A stretch of 62,970 nt of DNA, filler included, from 4 parts of 4 records of this genome joined end to end with filler, not necessarily neighbours in it, one strand, 5' to 3'. Numbered from the whole stretch's first letter, positions 12,672 to 22,784 are shown. Program-made: numbers and translations. Notes: a model not told the origin generated them from the sequence alone.

Positions 12672-13445
12672 ATGGCTAGGCTCGCGGGAAAAGTCGCAAT
12701 TATCACCGGTGCTGCGCGCGGAATGGGCGCGCTCACCGCCAAACGTTTTGTAGAAGAAGGCGCCAAAGTGGTAATCGCCGACCTACTGGATGAGCCCGGG
12801 CAGGCACTGGCCCAACAACTAGGCGAGAATGCTCGCTACGTGCATGGCGATGTATCGCGCGAACAGGATTGGCAAACACTGATTGCCGAAGCCGAGGCCT
12901 TTGGGCCGCTCAATATATTGGTAAATAATGCGGCGATCCTCCACGCAGCCGCCATTGCCGATTCGGACGGCGATGACTACATGCGCGTTATCAAGGTTAA
13001 TCAGCTCGGTCCCTACCTCGGCATACGCGCTGCCATCGAGCCAATGAAGCGCAGCGGCGGCGGTTCAATTATTAATATTTCGTCTATCGACGGCCTGCAA
13101 GCAAAAAACGGCTTGAGCGCCTATGTATCGTCGAAGTGGGCGGTTCGCGGCCTGAGTAAGTCGGCCGCCATTGAATTAGGCCCCTACAATATTCGCGTGA
13201 ACACGGTCCACCCAGGTGGCATTTACACCGACATGCACGGCGCGGGAGAAGGTGCCCAGCCCAGCGACGAGGACAATGCCTTCTACGTCAATCATCCCTT
13301 ACCGCGGGTCGGCCTTCCCGCCGAAGTGGCCAATATGTCGCTGTTTCTGGCCTCCGACGAAAGCAGCTACTCAACAGGCTCTGAGTTTATTGTCGACGGC
13401 GGGTGGAATGCGGGGTTGAGGCTGGATTTACTGCCGACCTCCTAA
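12672..13445 (+). CDS. Short-chain dehydrogenase/reductase (hydroxysteroid/glucose dehydrogenase-like)
   Basis: TGAARGMG, NNAA, YVSSK catalytic YxxxK and VDGG, with an AGGAG RBS. Confidence 0.9.
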   Translation: MARLAGKVAIITGAARGMGALTAKRFVEEGAKVVIADLLDEPGQALAQQLGENARYVHGDVSREQDWQTLIAEAEAFGPLNILVNNAAILHAAAIADSDGDDYMRVIKVNQLGPYLGIRAAIEPMKRSGGGSIINISSIDGLQAKNGLSAYVSSKWAVRGLSKSAAIELGPYNIRVNTVHPGGIYTDMHGAGEGAQPSDEDNAFYVNHPLPRVGLPAEVANMSLFLASDESSYSTGSEFIVDGGWNAGLRLDLLPTS

Positions 13446-13490
13446 TCGTTTAGGCTGACAGCTGACTCACCATGAATAACGGAGGGTAAT

Positions 13491-13724
13491 ATGGAAGCAG
13501 AATTTCACAGCATGTCAGCACTGTTTCAGCAACTCGGCCTGCCAGCAACGCCCAGCGACATTGAAGCATTCATTGGGCGTCACCGGCCACTCCCCAAAGA
13601 CCTGGCCCTGCACCAGGCTCACTTCTGGTCGCCGAGCCAGGCCGCCTTTTTGAAGCAGGCCTTGGACGACGACGCTGAGTGGGCTGAGATCGTAGACGAG
13701 TTGGACGCGCAATTGCGCCACTGA
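13491..13724 (+). CDS. Small conserved protein, DUF2789-like
   Basis: LFQQLGL...FI..H...AHFWSPSQAAFL...DAEWAEIVDEL pattern, with a GGAGG RBS. Confidence 0.75.
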   Translation: MEAEFHSMSALFQQLGLPATPSDIEAFIGRHRPLPKDLALHQAHFWSPSQAAFLKQALDDDAEWAEIVDELDAQLRH

Positions 13725-13736
13725 CATGTTCGCGAC

Positions 13737-14102
13737 TCAGAGCGCCCCGGGACCATAGTGGCTCTGCGGCGCCTGGGGAGGCGCTTCTGATTTCGGCTTT
13801 TTGCTTTCTTCGATCTGCTGTTGCGCGCGTTGTAATTCGCGCTCAACCGCATCGACCATCACCGACCAACCATCAACCAACGCTTTGTTGGCTTCCTCGA
13901 GAAGATTCCCCAGCGAACTGGCAGCGTCCTCTTCCTTGGCACTGTTTAGCTGCTGGCTCAGGGCGTCCACGCTTTGCTGCAAGGCAACGAGTTGCTGCTC
14001 CAAACGCTGCGTTTCCGCCTGACTATGGCGGTACTGCCAATATTCAAAGCCAATCAACGCAACAATCGCTACCACAAATATCGCGTTTAACGATGATTTC
14101 AT
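13737..14102 (-). CDS. Hypothetical protein with N-terminal TM helix and coiled coil
   Basis: Start MKSSLNAIFVVAIVALIG at 14102 after a GGAGAG RBS, with Q/E/L-rich heptads. Confidence 0.65.
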   Translation of the reverse strand: MKSSLNAIFVVAIVALIGFEYWQYRHSQAETQRLEQQLVALQQSVDALSQQLNSAKEEDAASSLGNLLEEANKALVDGWSVMVDAVERELQRAQQQIEESKKPKSEAPPQAPQSHYGPGAL

Positions 14103-14190
14103 ACTATGCTCTCTCCGAGCTTTTTCGACACAGGCATTGTATGCCCGTTTTAGGTGATAATCGCCAGTAAACTTGAAAAACCGGAACGCT

Positions 14191-15468
14191 ATGAAGCTGA
14201 ATTTACTGTTAACCGGCAATGAACTTATGGCCGGCGATATTATTGATTCAAACTCCGCGATGGTTGCCCAGCAACTGGCGCCACAAGGTTGGAGAATACA
14301 TAAAAAGGTCACCGTAGGCGACGACAGCGCGCTACTGCAAAAGGAAATTGATCAGCTGTGTGAAGAGGGCGATGTACTGATTATTAATGGCGGTCTCGGC
14401 CCCACCGTCGACGACTTAACCGCCGCAGTGCTGGCCCAGCTCTGCGACCGGCCGCTTACCGAACACCCCGAGGCATTGGCGCACTTATCACATTGGTGCA
14501 AGCAACGCGGTTTCAGCATGAACGCCTCTAACCGCAAGCAAGCCATTCTCCCCGAGGGCTGCGATATTATCGCTAACGCCCGAGGCAGCGCCGTGGGAAT
14601 ACGGCTTATGTATCGCAACTGCCTGGTATTGGCGACGCCGGGGGTACCCAGCGAATTGCGTCAGATGCTGACCGACGAACTCCTCCCTCTCCTCAAGCAA
14701 CGCTTTGAGTCGGACCATATTCACACCCTTCGTCTTGGCGTTTTTGGCTTAGGTGAGTCCGGCATACAGGAGCTGTTTGACCGCGAGTTACCCAATTGGC
14801 CCGACAATATCGAACTGGGTTTTCGCGCCTCAATGCCCGTGCTGGAAGTAAAGTTAACCGCGCGCGGTGAACACGCAAACACGGCCTTAGCCGAGTGGCG
14901 CACGCCCGTTGAAACCCTGCTCGGCGAACATTTACTCGGCGAACTGCCGCTCAGTTTGCCCTCAGTATTGGTCGACGAACTCAGCAAGCGAAATCAAACT
15001 CTGTGCACAGCAGAGTCCTGCACAGGTGGCCTGATCGCCTCCCAAATCACCAGCATCGCTGGCGCATCGAAAGTCTTTCCCGGTGGCATCGTCAGTTATT
15101 CAAATGCGATGAAAAGCAGCCAGTTGGGCGTGAGTGAGGCGCTGCTGCAACAGCACGGCGCGGTAAGCAGAGACGTTGCCCTGGCCATGGCGCAGGGCGC
15201 CCTACGCGTTGGCCACGCCGATGTGGCCTTGGCCGTCACAGGCATTGCCGGGCCCGATGGTGGCTCTGAAGACAAGCCGGTCGGCACCGTATGGATAGCC
15301 TGGGGCAGCGAAGACCACCTAAAAGCGGAATGTTTGGTGCTGCCTTTTGACCGACAGGCCTTTCAAATGTGGGTGTCGGCACTGGGTATGGAGCTGGTGC
15401 GCCGCCACTTACTGGGCATTGCCACAATGCCCAGCTTGATACAGCGCTACTGCAAAAAAGCGCATTAA
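14191..15468 (+). CDS. cinA: CinA-family protein (molybdopterin-binding-like domain + NMN deamidase PncC domain)
   Basis: TGNELMAG, GGLGPTVDD, PGVPSE, TAESCTGG and TGIAGPDGG. Confidence 0.9.
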   Translation: MKLNLLLTGNELMAGDIIDSNSAMVAQQLAPQGWRIHKKVTVGDDSALLQKEIDQLCEEGDVLIINGGLGPTVDDLTAAVLAQLCDRPLTEHPEALAHLSHWCKQRGFSMNASNRKQAILPEGCDIIANARGSAVGIRLMYRNCLVLATPGVPSELRQMLTDELLPLLKQRFESDHIHTLRLGVFGLGESGIQELFDRELPNWPDNIELGFRASMPVLEVKLTARGEHANTALAEWRTPVETLLGEHLLGELPLSLPSVLVDELSKRNQTLCTAESCTGGLIASQITSIAGASKVFPGGIVSYSNAMKSSQLGVSEALLQQHGAVSRDVALAMAQGALRVGHADVALAVTGIAGPDGGSEDKPVGTVWIAWGSEDHLKAECLVLPFDRQAFQMWVSALGMELVRRHLLGIATMPSLIQRYCKKAH

Positions 15469-15890
15469 GCGCGCGATTTCAGGTGCTCGTCCACCCATTG
15501 CAAGAGCATTTCATAGGCACCGCGAATCATCGCGGCCGCCTCTTCGTCTGATGCGCCCTGTGGTGTTGCGCGGCCGTACCAGTCTACATGGCAGCGGCCG
15601 TCATCAATGGCCGTCACCTTGGCATTGGCCGAATAATCGGTTACCGGCATGGGAATACCGCGAGGGATCGTATAGCCAAAACTCATGGTACTGGCGTCCA
15701 TACTTTCGAGCTGCTCATCAATCGGCTCCATGCCCGCCAGGTGCAAACGGCGAATCATGCCAATGCCCTCACCGATTACCTCAATTTTGTCGATACCCGG
15801 CGCCCAGTTAATGTCGCCAAAATCTTCCAATAAGGCCCAAACCGTTGCGGCGGGGAAATCTAAATCGCGCTCTACGTGTACTTCAACCAT
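15465..15890 (-). CDS. SRPBCC/START (polyketide cyclase-like) protein
   Basis: 141 aa with PAATVWALLEDF...WAPG, GIGMIR and a C-terminal helix typical of the family. Confidence 0.8.
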   Translation of the reverse strand: MVEVHVERDLDFPAATVWALLEDFGDINWAPGIDKIEVIGEGIGMIRRLHLAGMEPIDEQLESMDASTMSFGYTIPRGIPMPVTDYSANAKVTAIDDGRCHVDWYGRATPQGASDEEAAAMIRGAYEMLLQWVDEHLKSRA

Positions 15891-16049
15891 CTGACTCTCC
15901 GAAGTTTTTTTATTCAGCGGCGATCTTGCCGCATAATAGGTGGATCAACCTCACCCGAACGGCTTAGTTAACCCTCGGCTTACTCATGAGCAAATGGCGG
16001 CGCAAGATGCGACAATAGCGCCATAATCACAACAAGGCATTCCACCCAC

Positions 16050-17978
16050 ATGAGCTCAGCGCACTCCCCTCGACCCGTTTGTTTATTCAGCATGGACTCG
16101 GACGGCTTTTGGGCTGTTCCCACCACAACGGGCGGCTTGAAAGCGTACTACCAGCATTACGGCAATAACCCAGCCGGCAACGACATACGCCTGATACATT
16201 TTCGCGACAGCCACGCGGCTGACGCCTGGAAAGCCACATGGCCCGAGCTTAGAGAGGAATTCATCGCCTGCATCGCACGTGGCGGTGTACCAGTGGTGGG
16301 CTTCAGTATGTACACCTGGAATGCAGCGGAATTTCTCGAGTTGATCGCGCTAATCAAGTCTGACTGCCCGCAAGTCCTTTGCATTGCCGGCGGGCCCCAC
16401 GTTCAACAAGCTGAGGATTATCTGTACGACGACCCGATTGATGTTATTGCTCTGGGCGAGGCAGAAACCACCTTCGCCCAGTGGCTGGACTGCGAGAGCC
16501 GAGAGCAGTGGCAAGACGTGGATGGCCTCGCGTATTTGCGCGATGGTGAACTGGTAAAAACTGCCGAGCGCAAGCGCCGCCAGGATCTCGACGCCCTCCC
16601 CTCGGCCCTCGATGTAGTGCCGCTGTGTGATGATGCGGGTAAGCCGCTCTACGACTCCGTTTCCTATGAAAGCAGCCGTGGCTGCCCCTTTAAATGCGCG
16701 TTTTGCGAATGGGGCACCGGCGCTATCGGCTCGAAAATGTACCAGTTTTCCATGGAGAGGATTGAGCGGGACTGGCGCAAAATTGTGGCCGCTGGCATCA
16801 AGGATATCTGGCTTGCCGATTCCAATTTTGGTGCATTGAGAGAAGACTTAGACAAAGCCAAACTCATTTGCGAACTGAAAAACACCACAGGCCTACCCAG
16901 CAGCTTCGCCACCTCGTGGTCAAAGAAACACAGCCCGCGGGTGCAGGAAATTGTCTTGCTGCTTAACCAGCACGGGCTACTGCCGCACTATCAACTCGCC
17001 CTGCAAACCCTAACGCCAAAGGCCCTTGAGCTTAGCAATCGCAAAAACATGGCCGCCAATAAGTACGAGCCCATTGCCAAAGATATGGCCAGTAAAGGGG
17101 TGCCTATTGCCGCCGAGCTCATTTGGGGCCTACCCGGCGATAATCTCCCGGATTTTGAGCGCAACCTCGATGAACTGCTGCAGGTTTTCCCCAACCTCAA
17201 TATTTTTGCCTACACCCTGCTGCCAGGCACGGAGTTTTACGAAAAACGCCAGGAATATCAGATCGAAACCATTCCGGTGGCCGGCTACGGCAAGGCGAAG
17301 GGCGAATACGTGGTCGCCTGTCACAGCTTCAGCCGTGAACAGGGCCTGCAGGGCTACCTATTAATTACCGCGCATATGTTATTTGCTCACGGCCATATTC
17401 TGCCCTACAGCATTCGCTACATCGCCCAGCAAGAGGGTATTACGACCGCAACACTGATGCGCGAGCTACTACTGGCGGTGTGCCGGGAATTTCAGGACGC
17501 TTTGCCTAGCGTCGATGTTGACGATGCCCTTACGGTTTACGAGTCACGCAACGCCATCTTCACCGAGTGCCTGCGCGATCCGCAGCGCCTGTATCAGTGC
17601 GTGCAAAGGGTAATGAACCACTATGTGAGTGATTACGCCGGCGCCAGTACCACACTGCCGATCAAGGCGCGCTTGCACAGGCTGCTCGAGCTTGACCAAG
17701 CACTTTCACCTCGCTGGGGAGAAGCCAGCGAACGCGACGTTACCTTTAGCTTCGATGCACTGGGCTGCAAACGGGCGCTGGACGAGATGTCATCGCCTGA
17801 CGAAAGCTGCTTTCAGTCCGGCCCGAGCGCAGCGCGAATACGCACCCCGGGCGGCGTCGGTAGCATTCTTCACGAACCCGACGGCGGCGCCTGGCTACGC
17901 GGCGAAATTCAGCGCGACACTGAAGAGCAAGTGGTACGCGTGATCCACCCCGGACAGGAAGCGCTCGCGCACTCTTAA
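16050..17978 (+). CDS. Cobalamin-binding radical SAM protein (class B methyltransferase-like)
   Basis: N-terminal B12-domain motifs VVGFSMYTWN, GGPH and GEAE; radical SAM SSRGCPFKCAFC; LADSNFG; ELIWGLPG. Confidence 0.88.
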   Translation: MSSAHSPRPVCLFSMDSDGFWAVPTTTGGLKAYYQHYGNNPAGNDIRLIHFRDSHAADAWKATWPELREEFIACIARGGVPVVGFSMYTWNAAEFLELIALIKSDCPQVLCIAGGPHVQQAEDYLYDDPIDVIALGEAETTFAQWLDCESREQWQDVDGLAYLRDGELVKTAERKRRQDLDALPSALDVVPLCDDAGKPLYDSVSYESSRGCPFKCAFCEWGTGAIGSKMYQFSMERIERDWRKIVAAGIKDIWLADSNFGALREDLDKAKLICELKNTTGLPSSFATSWSKKHSPRVQEIVLLLNQHGLLPHYQLALQTLTPKALELSNRKNMAANKYEPIAKDMASKGVPIAAELIWGLPGDNLPDFERNLDELLQVFPNLNIFAYTLLPGTEFYEKRQEYQIETIPVAGYGKAKGEYVVACHSFSREQGLQGYLLITAHMLFAHGHILPYSIRYIAQQEGITTATLMRELLLAVCREFQDALPSVDVDDALTVYESRNAIFTECLRDPQRLYQCVQRVMNHYVSDYAGASTTLPIKARLHRLLELDQALSPRWGEASERDVTFSFDALGCKRALDEMSSPDESCFQSGPSAARIRTPGGVGSILHEPDGGAWLRGEIQRDTEEQVVRVIHPGQEALAHS

Positions 17979-18004
17979 GGCACCTCTGATTAATTCGGTG
18001 ATAA

Positions 18005-18104
18005 NNNNNNNNNNNNNNNNNNNNNNNNNNNNNNNNNNNNNNNNNNNNTTAATTAATTAANNNNNNNNNNNNNNNNNNNNNNNNNNNNNNNNNNNNNNNN
18101 NNNN
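18005..18104. other. Artificial contig spacer
   Basis: 44 N + TTAATTAATTAA (stops in all frames) + 44 N. Confidence 0.99.
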
Positions 18105-18121
18105 AAATACTCGGAGGGGGA

Positions 18122-18150
18122 GTTTGAGGGGGAGGAACGCCCCCTCAAAC
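18122..18150. repeat. Perfect 11-bp stem hairpin (REP-like or terminator) at contig start
   Basis: GTTTGAGGGGG-aggaacg-CCCCCTCAAAC, 6 nt past the stop of the minus-strand acyl-CoA dehydrogenase. Confidence 0.7.
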
Positions 18151-18156
18151 CCGGCC

Positions 18157-19380
18157 TTAGAAAAACGCCTGAAGGCCGGTTTGCGCACGCCCAAGGATCA
18201 GCGCATGCACATCATGGGTGCCTTCATAGGTGTTCACGGTCTCAAGGTTCATCATATGGCGGATCACCTGGAACTCACCGGAAATCCCGTTGCCGCCATG
18301 CATGTCACGGGCATGCCGCGCCACCTCAAGTGCCTTGCCGCAGTTGTTGCGTTTGACAATCGAAATCATCTCTGGCGCGGCATTGGCTGCATCCATCAGA
18401 CGCCCCACCTGAAGCGAACCCTGCAGGCCCAGTGAAATCTCGGTCATCATATCCGCCAGCTTTTTCTGGAACAATTGGGTTTGCGCCAGCGGCTTGCCAA
18501 ATTGCTTGCGGTCCAGCCCATATTGACGCGCCGCGTGCCAGCAGAACTCTGCCGCGCCCATCGCGCCCCAGCTGATGCCGTAACGCGCCCGGTTGAGACA
18601 GCCAAACGGCCCCTTAAGCCCCTGCACATGTGGCAGCAGGGCATCCTCGCCCACTTCGACATTGTCCATCACGATCTCGCCGGTGATCGACGCCCGCAGC
18701 GACAGCTTGTTGCCGATCTTGGGGGCAGACAGGCCTTTCATGCCCTTTTCCAGCACGAAACCGCGGATCTTGCCGCCGTGTTCTTCGGATTTGGCCCAGA
18801 CCACAAAAACATCCGCTATCGGCGCGTTCGAGATCCACATTTTTGAACCGGTCAGTTTGTAACCCGTTGCTGTTTTCACAGCGCGGGTTTTCATACCAGC
18901 CGGGTCGGACCCTGCATCCGGTTCTGTCAGGCCGAAACAGCCGATCCATTCACCGCTGCACAGCTTTGGCAGGTACTTCTTGCGCTGTTCTTCGGAGCCG
19001 TAGGCGTAAATCGGATACATCACCAGGCTGGCCTGCACCGACATCATCGACCGGTATCCGCTGTCCACGCGCTCCACCTCACGCGCCACCAACCCGTAAG
19101 ACACGTAACCGCCGCCAAGGCCGCCGTATTCCTCGGGAATGGTCACGCCCAAAAGACCCATGCCACCCATTTCCTTAAAAATGGACGGGTCGGTCTCTTC
19201 GTTGGCAAAGGCGTCAATGACCCTTGGTTGCAGCTTTTCCTGCGCATAAGCGCGGGCGCTGTCCTGAATCATCCGTTCGTCTTCGGTCAGTTGATCTGTC
19301 AGGCGGAACGGGTCCGCCCAGTCAAATGTGCCCAGATCAGGGGCGTCTTTGGCACGCAGTGCAGGCGCATCAGCGGTCAT
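18157..19380 (-). CDS. gcdH: Glutaryl-CoA dehydrogenase-type acyl-CoA dehydrogenase
   Basis: [38 protein letters not shown] and [17 protein letters not shown]. Divergent from a LysR. Confidence 0.85.
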   Translation of the reverse strand: MTADAPALRAKDAPDLGTFDWADPFRLTDQLTEDERMIQDSARAYAQEKLQPRVIDAFANEETDPSIFKEMGGMGLLGVTIPEEYGGLGGGYVSYGLVAREVERVDSGYRSMMSVQASLVMYPIYAYGSEEQRKKYLPKLCSGEWIGCFGLTEPDAGSDPAGMKTRAVKTATGYKLTGSKMWISNAPIADVFVVWAKSEEHGGKIRGFVLEKGMKGLSAPKIGNKLSLRASITGEIVMDNVEVGEDALLPHVQGLKGPFGCLNRARYGISWGAMGAAEFCWHAARQYGLDRKQFGKPLAQTQLFQKKLADMMTEISLGLQGSLQVGRLMDAANAAPEMISIVKRNNCGKALEVARHARDMHGGNGISGEFQVIRHMMNLETVNTYEGTHDVHALILGRAQTGLQAFF

Positions 19381-19464
19381 ATCTCGTCCTTTCAGAAATC
19401 GTCAGCTTGGCCGCAGTATTGCAAAACCGCGCTGCAAACACTATCGCTGCTTTGTTCTGCATTC

Positions 19465-19479
19465 ATGAGAAAAAGTCAT
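19465..19479. promoter_or_regulatory. LysR-type operator (T-N11-A)
   Basis: ATGA-GAAAAAG-TCAT dyad abutting the LysR start codon in the divergent promoter. Confidence 0.6.
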
Positions 19480-20379
19480 ATGATCGCCCCGCGCCGGTTC
19501 TTGCCCTCGATCTCTGCCCTGCTCGCGTTTGAGGCCGTCGCGCGCCTTGGCAGTGCCACGCGGGCCGCGCATGAACTGTCCCTGACCCAAAGCGCGATCA
19601 GCCGCCAACTCAAAACGCTGGAAGAACAGCTTGGCGTGCCGTTGCTGGCGCGTCAGGGGCGGCAATTGACCCTGACCGAGGCGGGGCATTCCTATGTCGC
19701 TGAGGTCCGCGCGATCCTCAACCGCCTTGCGCAGGCTTCTGTCTCAGTGCGCACCAATCCTGTTGGCGGCTCGCTGAACCTCGCGATCCTGCCTGCCTTC
19801 GGCATGCATTGGCTGGCCCCCCGCCTGCGCGATTTTGCCCGCAGCCACCCCGAGGTGACCGTCAATCTCAGCACGCGCCTACAACCCTTTGCCATTCAGG
19901 ACAGCGGGTTTGATGCCGCAATCCATTTTGGTTTTGAGGACTGGCCGGGGGTGAATTACCTGCCCCTGATGCCCGAAACCGTGGTCCCGGTCTGCGCCCC
20001 CGACCTGCTGGAGGCGCCCCTGACCGATCCACAGGACATTCTTGATCATCCGCTGCTACATCTCGAAACCCGCCCACGCGGCTGGGCCCGGTGGCTTGCC
20101 GCCTTAAGTGTCGAAACCGATCCGCCTGCTGGCATGATGTTCGATCAGTTTTCCACCATGGCACAGGCCGCCATTCACGGCCTTGGCCTTGCCCTGCTGC
20201 CAACCTTTTTTGCAGAGCCATATCTGCGCGATGGCCAGCTGCAACTGGCGTCGCGTGAGACCACCCAAAGCATTGGCAGCTACTATCTGGTCTGGCCCCA
20301 TGACCGGCCGGAGGGGGCCGCGCTGTCCTCGTTTCGGGATTGGCTGTCGGAACAGGCGAAACTGCCCCTGCGTGACTGA
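19480..20379 (+). CDS. LysR-family regulator (GcvA/GcdR-like)
   Basis: FEAVARLGSATRAAHELSLTQSAISRQ HTH, WLAPRL..F and DAAIHFG. Start at MIAPRRFLPS. Confidence 0.92.
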   Translation: MIAPRRFLPSISALLAFEAVARLGSATRAAHELSLTQSAISRQLKTLEEQLGVPLLARQGRQLTLTEAGHSYVAEVRAILNRLAQASVSVRTNPVGGSLNLAILPAFGMHWLAPRLRDFARSHPEVTVNLSTRLQPFAIQDSGFDAAIHFGFEDWPGVNYLPLMPETVVPVCAPDLLEAPLTDPQDILDHPLLHLETRPRGWARWLAALSVETDPPAGMMFDQFSTMAQAAIHGLGLALLPTFFAEPYLRDGQLQLASRETTQSIGSYYLVWPHDRPEGAALSSFRDWLSEQAKLPLRD

Positions 20380-20469
20380 AGCGTGCAAAGTTTACGCCAA
20401 AATTTTGCCCCATTTGATCGATATAGACAATTTACACAAACGGTGGGGGCCGTTGAAAGGAGCACTTTG

Positions 20470-20820
20470 ATGCTTAACTCATTCCGCATGAGCACATTTG
20501 CTTTTGCCGCCGCAGCTGTTTGCATCGCAAGCCCGGCTGTCTCGGAGGAGCACACCGTGTTGATCGAGGACGGCGGGTATTTCCCGACCGTGACCTATGC
20601 GATGCAAGGTGACACAATCGTATTCATCAACGAAAGCGATGCCTCACAAACAGTGTCCGGTCCTGACGACAGTTGGACCTCAGGTGCGATCCCCGTGGAT
20701 GGCAGCTTTGAATTGGCGTTGATGGAAGACACCCCGCTGACTTTCACTGGCGGCGTTGACCTTGAAGGTCTTGATATCGAAGGAGAAATCTCCTACGATC
20801 CGGCGCCGCTGGACGAATAA
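20470..20820 (+). CDS. Secreted cupredoxin-like protein lacking copper ligands
   Basis: Signal peptide, F.P..T....GDTIVFIN pattern and AAGGAG RBS. No His/Cys/Met ligand set. Confidence 0.6.
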   Translation: MLNSFRMSTFAFAAAAVCIASPAVSEEHTVLIEDGGYFPTVTYAMQGDTIVFINESDASQTVSGPDDSWTSGAIPVDGSFELALMEDTPLTFTGGVDLEGLDIEGEISYDPAPLDE

Positions 20821-20862
20821 CCAAATCCCGAAGCCGCGGCCAGACTGCGGTTTTTGATGACG

Positions 20863-21528
20863 CTAGAAGGGCTCGATCAATTCGGGCCCTGAAGCGCGGT
20901 TTGAATTTACCGCACGGTCCACCCTGTGCCACTGCAAAAGGTCGTCTTTTGCAGGTTGCATCAGTGTGGCCGCCCCTTTGCCTTGCTCGCCCAGCCACAG
21001 CGGCCAGTCGGCCTTTTCAACGATCACGGGCATCCTGTGATGGATCTCCTGCATGGGGGCATTGGCCCCGGTGGTCACCACTGCACAGGTGGGAATCATA
21101 TCCCCTTCCGGTGTTTTCCAATTTTGCCACACCGCCGCGAAGGCCAAAGGCGAAGTGTCCCGCCGTGTGATGTACCAAGGATCGCGCCCGCCTTCGGCAT
21201 CCTTGGTCCATTCATAGAATCCGCTGCAAATGATCAACCCGCGCCGTTCCCGCGCCGCCGCGCGAAACGCCGGTTTTTCAGCAATGGTTTCGGACCGCGC
21301 ATTGATCAAAAGGGGTCCGCCTGCCGGTTTTTTGTACCAGACCGGAATGAACCCCCAACGCATCGCGCCCAGCCGTCTGTGACCATCGGTGTCCGAGGTA
21401 ACAATATGCACATCCGTGGTTGGGCAGACGTTGTAGTTCGGCACCTTTGGCAGAGCATTGGCCGGCGCAGCTGCAAAAATCTGCGCCATCGCATCATGGG
21501 GCAATGTCACTGCCATCCGTCCACACAT
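20863..21528 (-). CDS. SOS response-associated peptidase (SRAP/YedK/HMCES)
   Basis: N-terminal MCGR, NYNVCP, MRWGFIP, INARSET, GFYEW and IHHRMP. Confidence 0.93.
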   Translation of the reverse strand: MCGRMAVTLPHDAMAQIFAAAPANALPKVPNYNVCPTTDVHIVTSDTDGHRRLGAMRWGFIPVWYKKPAGGPLLINARSETIAEKPAFRAAARERRGLIICSGFYEWTKDAEGGRDPWYITRRDTSPLAFAAVWQNWKTPEGDMIPTCAVVTTGANAPMQEIHHRMPVIVEKADWPLWLGEQGKGAATLMQPAKDDLLQWHRVDRAVNSNRASGPELIEPF

Positions 21529-21632
21529 GATCTTGCCCTCCCAGCCAACAGCCACAGCTTAGCGATGCGGCGAAGAACTGACTAGGGCGGCAGGCCACCC
21601 CTGACCCGCCGCCCATTGACCTTGTCATTGGC

Positions 21633-22658
21633 TTATTGGAATTGCGCCACGGTTGCCTTGACGATCATGGCATGGTCCTGCGCCCGTGCGGCCCCGCCAT
21701 CGCGGCAGATGATCTCGTCGCCCGGCTCTTCGGTTTGCAGGATCTCGAAACCGGCGGGCTTGCAGATGCCCATAAAGTCGAAATGCGACAGGGTCTCGGG
21801 CTCCATATAGGTGACCTTCGCGGGCGGCAGCAAAGTGGACAATGCCCGCGATTCCGTATCGAGGTTCATCCCCGCAATATCCACCGGCGCGCCCATCACC
21901 AACATCGGCCGTTCAATCGCGGCCAGGCTGCCGGGCGAAAAGGTCTGTGTGCCGCCCAGATCGTAAACCGCAAAGGCCTTGATACGCGGATCGGACAGAT
22001 CCTGCGCCATCTCGATGCGATCATCGTTTGATTGCGCCACGTTCCAATTGGCCAAAGCCTTGCACCCGATATCAGCGGCATCACTTGCGCAGAACGCATC
22101 AAACGCCGCCGGATCAAACCGCCCCCCGGCCAAGGCCACGGCAGTGAACCCGCCCAGTGAATGCCCCGCCATATAGATCCGGTCCGCGTCAATAAACGGC
22201 GATATTTCTGGGTCAGTCAGAGCGTGATCAATCACCCGGCTGATGTCGCCGGGCCGATCCCACAGCGCCCGCGCATGATCGGCGTCACGCAGCCAGGTTG
22301 ACGTGCCCGGATGGCTGATCGCCGCCACGATATAGCCTTCCTCCACCAGCGCATCGGCCAGCCAGGTCTGGTTCATGGCATTGCCGTACATGCCGTGGGA
22401 CAGCACAACAAATGGATGCTTGCCAGCCTCGGGCGCGGCATCTTTGATGACGTCGATCCCCTGCCAAACAGCATTGGTGTGAACGGTTTCGGTGTTGCCG
22501 GTCTGCGCGGTGGGATACCAGATAAATCCGCCAAGCGGGCGGTCACTGCGGCTGTCTGAAACACTCAGCTCGGCCAATCCGGTTTGCTGGTCATCGGCGT
22601 AGACAGCCCCTGCACAAAGAGAAAAAGACAGGGCGGTGATGTGAAACAAGTTTTTCAT
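21633..22658 (-). CDS. Secreted alpha/beta hydrolase (dienelactone hydrolase/PAF-AH-like)
   Basis: Signal peptide MKNLFHITALSFSLCAGAVYA, VLSHG, GHSLGG nucleophile elbow and SHFDFM. Confidence 0.85.
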   Translation of the reverse strand: MKNLFHITALSFSLCAGAVYADDQQTGLAELSVSDSRSDRPLGGFIWYPTAQTGNTETVHTNAVWQGIDVIKDAAPEAGKHPFVVLSHGMYGNAMNQTWLADALVEEGYIVAAISHPGTSTWLRDADHARALWDRPGDISRVIDHALTDPEISPFIDADRIYMAGHSLGGFTAVALAGGRFDPAAFDAFCASDAADIGCKALANWNVAQSNDDRIEMAQDLSDPRIKAFAVYDLGGTQTFSPGSLAAIERPMLVMGAPVDIAGMNLDTESRALSTLLPPAKVTYMEPETLSHFDFMGICKPAGFEILQTEEPGDEIICRDGGAARAQDHAMIVKATVAQFQ

Positions 22659-22736
22659 GGTCGTGATCCTTTTTGGGTGTTGATGCGTCCCAAATTGCCA
22701 AGCGGACCAAGTAAAACAATGGGTTGAGGGAGCCAA

Positions 22737-22784
22737 ACCTGTCCTCTATCACGATCTAGGACAGGTCAAACCCAATCGAGGACA
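22737..22784. promoter_or_regulatory. Putative AraC operator array
   Basis: Inverted repeat ACCTGTCCT-N12-AGGACAGGT (22737-22766), plus a direct repeat of AGGACA at 22758 and 22779 (21-bp period). Confidence 0.55.

Noticed and set aside
15891-16049. Possible cobalamin riboswitch upstream of the B12 radical SAM gene
   Set aside because: The spacer is short and lacks the GGGAA, GCCACTG and B12-box elements.
17979-18004. GGCACCTCTGATTAATTC at the contig end as a possible IS/MITE terminus
   Set aside because: Only 26 nt are visible, with no partner repeat or transposase, so it cannot be supported.
18049-18060. TTAATTAATTAA palindrome repeated three times in the window
   Set aside because: Synthetic all-frame-stop linker embedded in N runs; not biological.
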